This document shows positions 18,585 to 27,458 of a stretch of 27,685 nt of DNA, in pieces. A program made the position numbers and the translations under genes. The first letter of the stretch is position 1; each line of letters opens with the position of its first letter. Source of the DNA: Opitutales bacterium (GTDB taxonomy: Bacteria > Verrucomicrobiota > Verrucomicrobiia > Opitutales > Coraliomargaritaceae); the NCBI GenBank assembly GCA_049598495.1, contig JBMYNR010000021.1, positions 1 through 27,685 on the forward strand. The letters are read 5' to 3'. The notes under the pieces were generated by a model. It did no database searches. It saw only the letters and a list, made by a program, of their open reading frames with translations, and had not been told where the DNA came from.

Positions 18585-18590
18585 TTCCAA

Positions 18591-18896
18591 ATGACAGTAG
18601 GTCTTAATGCATTCATCTTAGTCGCTGGACTGTTGTTCGCGATCGGACTGTTGGGCGTCCTTTTGCGAAAGAACACCCTCGTTATCTACATGTCGCTAGA
18701 GCTTATGCTGAACGCCGTGAATCTCGCCCTGGTCGCTTTCTCCCGCTACAATGGGACGATGGACGGTAATCTCTTCGTCTTCTTCATCATCACAGTGGCG
18801 GCGGCCGAGGTTGCCATCGGTCTAGCCATCATCGTGGCGCTCTTCCGTCTGCGCCAAACTGTGATGGTCAATCAACTTACCTCCTTGAGTCGCTAA
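18591..18896 (+). CDS. nuoK: NADH-quinone oxidoreductase subunit K
   Basis: 'ELMLNAVNL', '[12 protein letters not shown]'. Confidence 0.97.
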   Translation: MTVGLNAFILVAGLLFAIGLLGVLLRKNTLVIYMSLELMLNAVNLALVAFSRYNGTMDGNLFVFFIITVAAAEVAIGLAIIVALFRLRQTVMVNQLTSLSR

Positions 18897-18900
18897 GATA

Positions 18901-20751
18901 ATGACTGCCACTCAATCACTTCTCGTTGTTCTTATGGCACCGCTCTTTGCGGCCGTGCTCATTGCATTCTTCTGCCGCCGGAGGCACGGTCTCGCTGCCG
19001 CTCTTTCGGTCGGGGCCTCAGGGGCGATCTTTCTGTTTAGTGTACTGGCCCTCATGGCTGCCGGGAGCGACACCGTTCACGCGACTTCTGGTTGGCTGCA
19101 GTTCGGCGACTTGGAAATCAACAAAGGTTTCTATTTTGATAGCGTATCAAAGACCATGCTGCTGATGGTTTCCTTTGTCGGGTTCCTGATCCATGTCTTC
19201 AGTCTTGGTTACATGGCGGACGATCCGGCCAAGGGGCGCTATTTCGGTGGTCTCTCAATTTTCATGTTCTCGATGCTCGGTATCGTGCTTGCGGACAATT
19301 TGATTATGATCTTCGTCTTCTGGGAGTTGGTCGGTTTCAGCTCCTACATGCTGATCGGTCACTACATGACCAAGGGTGTGGCGGCCGCCGCCCAGAAAAA
19401 GGCTTTCATTGTGAATCGAATTGGTGACCTCGGCTTCGTTGTCGGGATCGCCTACGCCTACTGGCACTTTGGCAGTACGGACCTAGAAGTCATGGGCGCA
19501 ATAGTCGGTGCCAACCCGGATCTTATTTCGACGGGTATCGCGGCGCTGCTTATGTGTGGCTTCATCGGTAAGTCGGCTCAATTTCCGCTCCATGTCTGGC
19601 TGCCGGATGCGATGGCGGGCCCGACCCCTGTATCTGCTCTGATTCACGCGGCCACGATGGTCGCCGCCGGTGGCTACTTCTTAATTCGTATTGTTTACCT
19701 CTTCCCGGAGAGCCTTCTGACTCTGATCGCCTGGTTGGGTGTCTTCGGTGCGATCTATGCCGGCTTCTGCGCCTACGCGCGTTCGGATATTAAGCAGATC
19801 CTCGCGTATTCGACGCTCTCGCAGCTTGGCTACATCGGAGCTGCTTTTGGTTTGGGCTATCCGGGCATCGCACTCTTTCATCTGATCACGCACGCCTTCT
19901 TTAAGGCGCTCCTTTTCCTGGGTGCGGGTTCCGTGATCCACGGCTGCCATCACGAGCAGGATATTTTCAAGATGGGTGGTCTTCTCAAGAAGATGCCAAT
20001 CACCGCAATCACCTTCCTGATTGGAATACTGGCGCTTTGCGGGGTCTATGGTTTTTCCGGTTTCTATTCCAAGGACTACATCCTCATTGCGGGTGGTCTG
20101 ACCAACATGCCGGTGGCTGCCTTGCTGACCTTCGGCGCGCTGCTAACTGCCGGATATATGGGCCGTCTGTTCTGGGTCGTTTTCCTCGGTCAGCCAAATT
20201 CCGAGGCCGCCTCGCACGCCAAGGAAAGCCCGCTCACCATGGTCGTGCCCCTGATCATTCTGGCGCTGCTTTCGATTGCCGGTGGCTGGCTCGGCTTCTG
20301 GCCGGAGTCGCTGGGTGAAAGTATCAAGGCTGACAAGTATGCTTTGAAAGACTTCGCTGATTATGACGCCATGCACAGCAAGATTCTGATCTACGGATCG
20401 GCCGCGTGGATGTTCGGTTTGGTGGGTTCGTTTTTCTTCTACGGTGGCGGCGCCAGGGAGGATCGCCTACAGAGATCGTTTGGTCCGATCTATAACTTGC
20501 TCCGGTCACGTCTTTATTTCGATGAGATCTACGACTTTTATGTGGCCAAAATACAGCAGCGCTTTGCTTTGTTTCTCAGCTTCATCGATGTGTTTATCAT
20601 CAAGGGCATCCTCGTTCGGGGAAGCGCCGGAATCGTCGGACTTGTCGGGATGTGCTCTCGCTCGCTACACGACGGTAATCTTCACAGCTATGTATATTGG
20701 TTCCTTACGGGGCTCCTCCTACTCTGGGCAGTCGCTTCCGGACTATTGTAA
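18901..20751 (+). CDS. nuoL: NADH-quinone oxidoreductase subunit L
   Basis: 'GKSAQFPLHVWLPDAMAGPTPVSALIHAATMV', 'HAFFKALLFL'. Confidence 0.97.
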   Translation: MTATQSLLVVLMAPLFAAVLIAFFCRRRHGLAAALSVGASGAIFLFSVLALMAAGSDTVHATSGWLQFGDLEINKGFYFDSVSKTMLLMVSFVGFLIHVFSLGYMADDPAKGRYFGGLSIFMFSMLGIVLADNLIMIFVFWELVGFSSYMLIGHYMTKGVAAAAQKKAFIVNRIGDLGFVVGIAYAYWHFGSTDLEVMGAIVGANPDLISTGIAALLMCGFIGKSAQFPLHVWLPDAMAGPTPVSALIHAATMVAAGGYFLIRIVYLFPESLLTLIAWLGVFGAIYAGFCAYARSDIKQILAYSTLSQLGYIGAAFGLGYPGIALFHLITHAFFKALLFLGAGSVIHGCHHEQDIFKMGGLLKKMPITAITFLIGILALCGVYGFSGFYSKDYILIAGGLTNMPVAALLTFGALLTAGYMGRLFWVVFLGQPNSEAASHAKESPLTMVVPLIILALLSIAGGWLGFWPESLGESIKADKYALKDFADYDAMHSKILIYGSAAWMFGLVGSFFFYGGGAREDRLQRSFGPIYNLLRSRLYFDEIYDFYVAKIQQRFALFLSFIDVFIIKGILVRGSAGIVGLVGMCSRSLHDGNLHSYVYWFLTGLLLLWAVASGLL

Positions 20752-20773
20752 GTAACACATTTCCTGACTCCAT

Positions 20774-22363
20774 ATGGGACAGCTCGATACCAACTCACTT
20801 TTCTTGCTCTCGGCAATCCTCCTGCCCTTGTTTGCTGGCGTGGTCCTGCTTTTTGGTGCCCGTTTTAGCCAGGCGATGACGCGTGGCATTGCGGTCGTCG
20901 GTTTCGCTGGTCCGCTGATCATCGCGATCATACTCTACGGACTTTTCGATCCCTCGCTCGCCGGCCATTATAATTTTGAACTGCGCTTACCAACGGGTTT
21001 GGAGAGCATCGGTATCTGGCTGCATCTGGGATTGAACGGTATTTCCATGCCGCTCTTCCTTCTGGCCGGAACGGTCGGATTAGCGGCAGGACTTTATGCG
21101 ATGTTTTCCAGAGCAGAGCGTTCCTATCTCTATTTGGCCCTGCTTCTTTTCATGTTGGGCGGCCTGATGGGGACTTTCGCCTCGGTGGATGTCTTTTTCT
21201 TCTATTTCTTTCACGAGTTCGCCCTGATCCCGACTTTTATCATGATCGGCATCTGGGGTGGGGCAGGTCGCCGCGGAGCGGCCATTGAGATGACTATTTA
21301 TCTCACGCTCGGCGCCTTGCTGTCGCTGCTCGGATTGATCGCGCTCTACTCTCAGAGCGGTGTTGATTCCTTCTCATTGCAGGCGCTTCGCAACTACCTG
21401 GTCGCGCAACCGCTGAACGAGACCGTGCAGAACAACATTTTCGCACTGCTGCTCTTTGGCTTTGGGATTTTGGTTTCACTTTTCCCTTTCCACAGTTGGG
21501 CACCGAAGGGCTATGCGGTTGCCCCAACAGGTGCCGCCATGCTGCATGCGGGTGTGCTTAAGAAATTCGGTCTCTATGGCCTTCTTCAGATTGCCGCGCC
21601 TCTACTTCCGGCCGGTGCCGAGCATTGGTTCCCGTGGATCGTTTGGCTGGCCTTGGGTAACATCCTCTTCATCGGGCTTGTGACGATGGCCCAAAAGGAC
21701 CTGAAGATGATGCTGGGCTACAGCTCGGTCATGCACATGGGCTACGCTTTCCTCGGGATCGCCTGCTTCTCGGTCGCGGGTGCGGGTGGTGCCTTGCTTA
21801 TGATGGTGGCGCACGGTCTCTCCGTGGCCCTGCTATTTATGCTTTCGACCTGTATTTATCATCGGAGCCAGACGTTTGAAATGTCCGCGATGGGTGGTCT
21901 CGCGACGAAGGCCCCCGTTCTGGCTGCCTTTTTCGTAGCCGGCACAATGGCGAGTATCGGGCTTCCCGGTTTCGGTAATTTCTGGGGTGAGTTCACGATT
22001 TTCGTGGCCCTGGCGGAAGCGGATATGACCAAATGGCTGGTGGCTCCCGCTGCGATTGGTATTGTGATTTCTGCGATCTACGGCCTGCGCGCGGTGGCCA
22101 AGATCTTCTTTGGACAGCCCGTCGAGGGCTTTGAAGAGCGCCTCGAAAGCGGCAAGATTGTCGATCTGCAGCCCTTCGAGAAGCTACCTGCCTGCATTTT
22201 AATCGGCGGCCTTTTGCTGACCGGTATCTTCCCCCGTCTCCTTTCAGACGGTGCGGACCTTGAGCTTTCCGGCGTTTACGCTCAGGATAAGAGCCCTCTG
22301 CCGGCGATGCAGGCAGATGTTCTGCCTGAGTCGATTGAAATGCCAAAGGAGGTGACCCAGTAA
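20774..22363 (+). CDS. nuoM: NADH-quinone oxidoreductase subunit M
   Basis: 'FPFHSW', 'GYSSVMHMG', 'ASIGLPGFGNFWGEF'. Confidence 0.95.
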   Translation: MGQLDTNSLFLLSAILLPLFAGVVLLFGARFSQAMTRGIAVVGFAGPLIIAIILYGLFDPSLAGHYNFELRLPTGLESIGIWLHLGLNGISMPLFLLAGTVGLAAGLYAMFSRAERSYLYLALLLFMLGGLMGTFASVDVFFFYFFHEFALIPTFIMIGIWGGAGRRGAAIEMTIYLTLGALLSLLGLIALYSQSGVDSFSLQALRNYLVAQPLNETVQNNIFALLLFGFGILVSLFPFHSWAPKGYAVAPTGAAMLHAGVLKKFGLYGLLQIAAPLLPAGAEHWFPWIVWLALGNILFIGLVTMAQKDLKMMLGYSSVMHMGYAFLGIACFSVAGAGGALLMMVAHGLSVALLFMLSTCIYHRSQTFEMSAMGGLATKAPVLAAFFVAGTMASIGLPGFGNFWGEFTIFVALAEADMTKWLVAPAAIGIVISAIYGLRAVAKIFFGQPVEGFEERLESGKIVDLQPFEKLPACILIGGLLLTGIFPRLLSDGADLELSGVYAQDKSPLPAMQADVLPESIEMPKEVTQ

Positions 22364-23871
22364 TGAACGAACTTCTTGCAGAATTTCTCCGCGGCTACAC
22401 CGCAACAAATGAATGGGCGGCGATCCTTCCCGAAATCTTGCTGGCAGTGCTTGCACTTGGTCTGCTTGGGGCGGAAATGATTTTGCCTAGGGACAAGTCG
22501 TCTCTGATCCCACGCCTCGCGATCTGGGGCCAGGTGTTGGTTCTAGTGGTAGCCTTTGCTGCCACTCCCGGAGGGTGCAGCTTCGGCGAGCGAGAGTATT
22601 TTAGCGGGATGATCCTGCAAAATGATATTTCGCAGTTCATGCGTGGCTTCTTTCTCGTGAGCTCCATTTTGGTGTGTTATCTTGGTCAAATTTATTTGAG
22701 CAAACAACATCTGCCGAAGACGGAGTTTTACTCATTGGTATTGATCATTGCAGCGGCAATGATGCTCCTGGTTCAAAGTCACAACTTTGTCATGCTCTTC
22801 GTCGCACTGGAGACAGTGACCGTTGCTTTTTATGTCCTCGTGGCCTACTGCCGGACGAGTCGCTTCTCGCTTGAAGGTGGGCTGAAATATCTGATCTTGG
22901 GCGCGCTGAGTTCGTCGATTCTCCTCTTCGGCATCGTGCTCCTTTACGGCGTCGCCGGTAATCCGGAAGTGTTGGGTTCGAGCCGTGACTCGCTCGACTA
23001 CGCAGAGCTTACCAATTTTATTATTCTGAATGCGGACAACATGATCGTAAAGATCGGGGCGCTTCTCGTGCTTGCAGGCATTTGCTTTAAGATCGGTGCG
23101 GTGCCGTTCCAGATATGGGTGCCGGATGTTTATCAGGGGGCGCCGACTCCGGTGACCGCATATTTGGCCGTGGCCTCCAAGGCTGCCGGGTTTATTGTGT
23201 TGCTCCAATTACTGCGCGGGCCTTTTAGCGGTTTGAGTGAATTACTGGTTCCGGTGCTGTCTGTAATCGCTGCAGCGACCATTCTTTTCGGGAACGTAGC
23301 CGCCGTGACTCAGCGTAACGTCAAGCGTCTGATGGGGCTCTCGGGCGTGGCTCATGCGGGGTATCTTCTCGTGGGTGTGATCGCTTCGATTTATGTGGAT
23401 TGGGCTGTTTACGCGGTCATTTTCTATTTGGCGACCTACCTGCTTGCCTCCTTCGCGGTGTTTGGCGTGATGTCCATTGTCTCCGGTTCTGAGGATGCCC
23501 ATCAGGAGCTTGGCCAGTATGTTAATTTTGCCCGTCAGCGGCCTTTTCTTGGAGGCGTGCTGGCCTGTGGTTTGGGTTCACTTGCCGGTATTCCACCCCT
23601 AGGTGGTTTTATCGGTAAGCTCTTTCTCTTCGTGGCTGCTTTTCAGGCAGGGCTCTATGGCTTACTGGCAATCTCGGTTCTTGGAGTGGTGATTTCGATT
23701 TACTACTATTTCGGCTGGGTTCGTGAGGCCTATTTTGCGACACCCGGTAACGAAGTGCTTCCCGAGACACTCGGTGCATCGAATCCCAGTGATCGCTTTC
23801 TCCTTGGCTCGCTTGTTGTGGTCACGGTTGTTCTTGGCATCATTCCGGCCGCGCTGCCCATCATACCGTAG
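22363..23871 (+). CDS. nuoN: NADH-quinone oxidoreductase subunit N
   Basis: 'EGGLKYLILGA', 'FKIGAVPFQIWVPDVYQGAPTPV', 'SLAGIPPLGGFIGK'; TAATG coupling with nuoM. Confidence 0.96.
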   Translation: MNELLAEFLRGYTATNEWAAILPEILLAVLALGLLGAEMILPRDKSSLIPRLAIWGQVLVLVVAFAATPGGCSFGEREYFSGMILQNDISQFMRGFFLVSSILVCYLGQIYLSKQHLPKTEFYSLVLIIAAAMMLLVQSHNFVMLFVALETVTVAFYVLVAYCRTSRFSLEGGLKYLILGALSSSILLFGIVLLYGVAGNPEVLGSSRDSLDYAELTNFIILNADNMIVKIGALLVLAGICFKIGAVPFQIWVPDVYQGAPTPVTAYLAVASKAAGFIVLLQLLRGPFSGLSELLVPVLSVIAAATILFGNVAAVTQRNVKRLMGLSGVAHAGYLLVGVIASIYVDWAVYAVIFYLATYLLASFAVFGVMSIVSGSEDAHQELGQYVNFARQRPFLGGVLACGLGSLAGIPPLGGFIGKLFLFVAAFQAGLYGLLAISVLGVVISIYYYFGWVREAYFATPGNEVLPETLGASNPSDRFLLGSLVVVTVVLGIIPAALPIIP

Positions 23872-23895
23872 CCGACCGTCGGCAGTATTGGATCA

Positions 23896-24381
23896 ATGAG
23901 TGGCCAACGCTATTTGCTGATTGATGCTTACAATGTCATCTGTGCGACGGACGCCTTGCGTGAAGCCATGAAACAGAATCTCGATTCTGCCCGCGATCTT
24001 CTGGCGGATCAGGTTCGCAGTATCCACGATGCCGAAAACCTGCATCTGGCAATAGTTCTGGACAGCAAAAATGATAGGCTCGCGGTGGAACACCCGTTCG
24101 GAGAAAAGTCCTTCGAATTCGTCTACGCGCCGGCCGCGGTCTCTGCCGATGGTGTTATTGAGCGTATGGTAGCGCGGATAAAGAAGTCGGGCGAGGCCAC
24201 CGTGGTGAGTAATGATCGTATGGTCCGTGAATCTGCCCGGGCGAATGGGGCCTTCGCACTCACGCCCGAAGAACTCTTCCAGTGGGCGCACGCTTGCGAA
24301 CAGCGGCTTATGCAGGACGTCCAGCGTCGCCAATCTGCAAACGCAAAGAGCTTTCGAAACGGGATTGACCTGGAGCTCTGA
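23896..24381 (+). CDS. NYN-domain protein, YacP/Rae1-like RNase
   Basis: 'YLLIDAYNVI', 'IVLD', 'SADGVIE', 'VVSND' acidic PIN/NYN motifs. Confidence 0.85.
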   Translation: MSGQRYLLIDAYNVICATDALREAMKQNLDSARDLLADQVRSIHDAENLHLAIVLDSKNDRLAVEHPFGEKSFEFVYAPAAVSADGVIERMVARIKKSGEATVVSNDRMVRESARANGAFALTPEELFQWAHACEQRLMQDVQRRQSANAKSFRNGIDLEL

Positions 24382-24388
24382 AGCCGGG

Positions 24389-24416
24389 TTGACCTGCTTG
24401 AATCACGGGCTAGTCT
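24389..24416 (+). promoter_or_regulatory. Possible sigma70-type promoter giving a near-leaderless DUF2851 transcript
   Basis: TTGACC (24389-24394), 16 nt, TAGTCT (24411-24416); TTG start 10 nt further on. Confidence 0.3.
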
Positions 24417-24425
24417 TGGGGCGTT

Positions 24426-25598
24426 TTGAAAAATGAAGTTCAAGAGATCCAGGGTCTTTACGGCCCCTATAGTTTGTCTGAACGGGTCTTGCAGAAAATC
24501 TGGCTACGCGGGGACTTCGACCAAAACGATCTGAAGACGGTATCCGGCAAATCTCTCCGTATTCTGCACCCCGGTCGTTGGAATCTTCTTGAGGGGCCTG
24601 ACTTTCTGGAGGCGCGACTCGAGGTGGATGGCGAGGAGACGGTGGGCGACGTCGAAGTTCATTTTATCGCTTCGGACTGGGAGTTGCACGGGCATTCCGA
24701 CAACCCCAATTTTGCAAGGGTATGCCTCCATGTGCTTCTCTATCCGGAAGAGGGTGCGAACCATATCAGAACTTCGAAGGGGCAGACTCCCGAATCGCTC
24801 TGTTTGATGCCATTACTTGACCGCGATCTGGAAGATTACGCGATTGATGATGCGATCGTGGAGTTGGAGCAGGCCGGTGATGCTGAGTGGATCCGGGAAT
24901 TCGTCGCGAAACCACTCGCAGAGAAACGAGCGCGTCTCGAATCAGGCGCGCGCGAGCGTTGGGAGACGAAGTTAAATTTCGCTCGGAAGCGTTTGAGCGG
25001 AGCGTCATGGGCCGATGTCTGCCATCAGTTTTGCCTTGAGGTGCTCGGCTACGCGAGAAATCGGGCGCCGATGTCGCGCATCGCCCTCGATTATTCGATC
25101 GAGAATTTCGCGCGGGGTGCCGTCGATACTGGTGCGGTCTTTGAGGAACGGAAGTCGGAGTTCCGGCTGAGCGGCCTCCGACCGGCCAATCAGCCACGTC
25201 GCCGACTAATCCAGTATCAGTCAATCTGTGCCGCGTCTCCGGATTGGCCGGAGCAAGTAAGGTCTGTTCTCGCGCGATTCGAGCCAGCAGGCTGTTCGAG
25301 GACGGTTGCTGAATTCCGCAAGGCATCCGGCTTGAGTGAAAAATTGCGGGCCATCTCAGGGGTATTTGGTCATCAGATCAGCGCGAAGCGCCTGAATACT
25401 CTGATTTGCGATGCTCTCTTGCCTATGGCCGCAGCCGACCAACTCTTCGATGCAAGCGGCTACTGGCTGAATTGGCCCCCGGGGGATGCGCCCGATCGCC
25501 TTCTTCGATTCCTGAAGTCGTCAGAGGTGATCGATCGTAGCAATCCGCTTGCGAATGGTCATGTGCAGGGCGCCTTGCAGATGCTGCTGAAGGTTTAG
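24426..25598 (+). CDS. DUF2851 family protein
   Basis: 'ERVLQKIW', 'HPGRWN..EGPDF..A', 'GDVEVH...DW..HGH..NPNF..V.LHV', 'RPANQP.RRL'. Confidence 0.85.
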   Translation: MKNEVQEIQGLYGPYSLSERVLQKIWLRGDFDQNDLKTVSGKSLRILHPGRWNLLEGPDFLEARLEVDGEETVGDVEVHFIASDWELHGHSDNPNFARVCLHVLLYPEEGANHIRTSKGQTPESLCLMPLLDRDLEDYAIDDAIVELEQAGDAEWIREFVAKPLAEKRARLESGARERWETKLNFARKRLSGASWADVCHQFCLEVLGYARNRAPMSRIALDYSIENFARGAVDTGAVFEERKSEFRLSGLRPANQPRRRLIQYQSICAASPDWPEQVRSVLARFEPAGCSRTVAEFRKASGLSEKLRAISGVFGHQISAKRLNTLICDALLPMAAADQLFDASGYWLNWPPGDAPDRLLRFLKSSEVIDRSNPLANGHVQGALQMLLKV

Positions 25599-25936
25599 AG
25601 CCTATTGCACCTCGGTGCACGCCTGACTGGACGCCTTGCGCGGCTCTCGAAACGGCTCTCGCCAGAAGTTCTAACCCGCTTATTGCATGAGATCCAGAAT
25701 TGGCTTTGGCAAGGCGCGAGCCGTGTTCCACGCAGGAGCGCACTGAAGTGCGTGACTAAGTGGGTTACGCGCTCGGAACACAGCCAAGGACGCTTCTGGA
25801 CTCAAAGTTTGTTGCTGTCACTTTTGTGACACGACGAGTTTTTGAAGAAAACTCGCAAGTAGCCATCCCGTAACAAGATAAAGAACGACAGCAACAAACT
25901 GGTGCAATATTCGGGTTAACTAAATGCAATAGGCTC
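25598..25936. mobile_element. MITE-like element with perfect 12-bp terminal inverted repeats
   Basis: GAGCCTATTGCA (25598-25609) and TGCAATAGGCTC (25925-25936); fills the whole gap between convergent genes; no clear target duplication. Confidence 0.7.
25674..25916. mobile_element. Inner MITE-like element with 14-bp imperfect TIRs flanked by TA on both sides
   Basis: TA|ACCCGCTTATTGCA ... TGCAATATTCGGGT|TA (12/14 match); several internal stems. Confidence 0.65.
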
Positions 25937-27080
25937 AGCCTTGGATCTCGCCGAAGGCCCAATCGAGCCACGGGAGCAGGGCCTCCACATCGGCAGTGTC
26001 CACCGTGGCACCGCCCCAGATACGAAGGCCGGCCGGCGCATCGCGGTAGCTGCCGAAATCGTAGCCGACGCCTTCCTTGTCGAGTAAGCTGACGAGCTGC
26101 TTGGCCTTCGCGGCCTGCTCGTCGGCTGGCAGCGCCTGATACCAGTCGGCTGTGATCTTAAGGCAAATGGATGTATTGGAAATGGTGGCCGGATCCTCCG
26201 CAAGGAAGTCGATCCAATCCGTCTTCTCCACCCAATCGGCGATCGCCTTGAGGTTCGCCTCTGAGCGCTCGATCAAGGCAGGTAGACCGCCGATGCTCTC
26301 TGCCCAGCGTAGCCCGTCGACCGCGTCTTCAACGCAGAGCATGGAGACGGTGTTGATCGTCGCGCCGGTGAAAATGCCGCGGATAAGTTTCCCACCCTTT
26401 GTCATCCGGAAAATCTTCGGGAGAGGCCACGCTGGAGTGTAACTTTCGAGGCGCTCGATTGCTCGTGGGCTGAGCACGATCATTCCGTGAGCCCCTTCGC
26501 CGCCCATGACCTTTTGCCAGGACCAAGTGACGACATCACACTTCGTGAAGTCGATATCCATGGCGAAAACGGCCGAAGTGGCATCGCAAATGGTCAGTCC
26601 CTTGCGGTCATCGGGGATCCAGTCGAGGTTCGGCACTTTTACGCCTGATGTGGTGCCGTTGTAAGTGAAGACCACATCGTTGTCGCAATTGATCGCGGAA
26701 AGATCCGGAAGTTTGCCGTAGTCGGCCTCATGACGGGTCACGCTTTCCAGTTTGAGCTGCTTGATCACGTCAGTGACCCAACCGGAGCCGAAGGATTCCC
26801 ATGCGCACATTTCAACGGGCCGTTCACCAAGAAGTGACCACATCGCCATCTCGACCGCGCCTGTGTCGGATGCCGGCACGATCCCGCAGACGTAACCCTC
26901 GGGCAACCCGAGAATCGAGGCGGACTTTTCGATCACTTCCTGGATGCGGGCTTTGGCCGGTTTTGCCCGGTGGGAACGGCCCACAAGGGCCTCGTCGAGG
27001 GCGTCGAGCGACCAACCCGGGCGCTTGCTGCAAGGGCCGGATGAAAAGAATGGACGGTTTGGCTTTGTGCTGGGTTTCAT
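25935..27080 (-). CDS. serC: Phosphoserine aminotransferase (Methanosarcina/alphaproteobacterial type)
   Basis: '[12 protein letters not shown]', '[17 protein letters not shown]', 'NGTTSGV', 'CDATSAVF', PLP lysine in 'SWQK', '[10 protein letters not shown]'; ATG at 27080. Confidence 0.95.
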   Translation of the reverse strand: MKPSTKPNRPFFSSGPCSKRPGWSLDALDEALVGRSHRAKPAKARIQEVIEKSASILGLPEGYVCGIVPASDTGAVEMAMWSLLGERPVEMCAWESFGSGWVTDVIKQLKLESVTRHEADYGKLPDLSAINCDNDVVFTYNGTTSGVKVPNLDWIPDDRKGLTICDATSAVFAMDIDFTKCDVVTWSWQKVMGGEGAHGMIVLSPRAIERLESYTPAWPLPKIFRMTKGGKLIRGIFTGATINTVSMLCVEDAVDGLRWAESIGGLPALIERSEANLKAIADWVEKTDWIDFLAEDPATISNTSICLKITADWYQALPADEQAAKAKQLVSLLDKEGVGYDFGSYRDAPAGLRIWGGATVDTADVEALLPWLDWAFGEIQG

Positions 27081-27174
27081 GATCAAAGGGAGGGAAATTA
27101 GGTCCCGCCCTCCGGATGTCGAGAATCCGTTTCGAGAATCGTGCCGATGATGGTCATTTTTGATCTATCTTCGC

Positions 27175-27411
27175 TTATGTGCCGCTGTAGTCTTTGTCGT
27201 GAGCTAGCATACAGCGCAGGCCGTAGAGTGCGATGATGACAAAGCAGCCTGCCGGCAGCCAGAAGGAAGTGCGCACATCGTAATCGGTGATCAGTCCACC
27301 CTGAAGCTTGGTCAGAACAGCGCCCCCAACGATCGCCATAATAAGGAAGGCAGAGCCGAGTTTGGCCTCTTCAATCTTTAGTCCTTTCAGCGCGATGCCG
27401 TAAATGGTCGG
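27175..27411 (-). pseudogene. fucP: 3' fragment of an L-fucose:H+ symporter-like MFS permease (absent from the ORF track)
   Basis: Manual translation gives PTIYGIALKGLKIEEAKLGSAFLIMAIVGGAVLTKLQGGLITDYDVRTSFWLPAGCFVIIALYGLRCMLAHDKDYSGT*. The frame is closed upstream by TGA at 27441-27439 with no start codon. Confidence 0.85.
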
Positions 27412-27412
27412 A

Positions 27413-27444
27413 GGGAAGTAAAAGGGAAGTAAAAGGGGTCAAAC
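27413..27444. repeat. Putative element end: 11-bp tandem duplication plus GGGGTCAAAC motif
   Basis: GGGAAGTAAAA x2 (27413-27434), then GGGGTCAAAC (27435-27444), 14 nt past the transposase stop. Confidence 0.65.
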
Positions 27445-27458
27445 GCAAAATATAAATC

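Noticed and set aside
5222..24333. Long antisense ORFs (e.g. 5753-6397, 9509-10000, 12344-12868, 22732-23208, 23893-24333)
   Set aside because: Shadow frames of well-supported genes, as expected from codon bias in moderately GC-rich DNA.
25423..25971. Short ORFs across the MITE (25423-25743, 25605-25829, 25765-25971)
   Set aside because: No transposase or other motifs; the region is better explained by nested inverted repeats.
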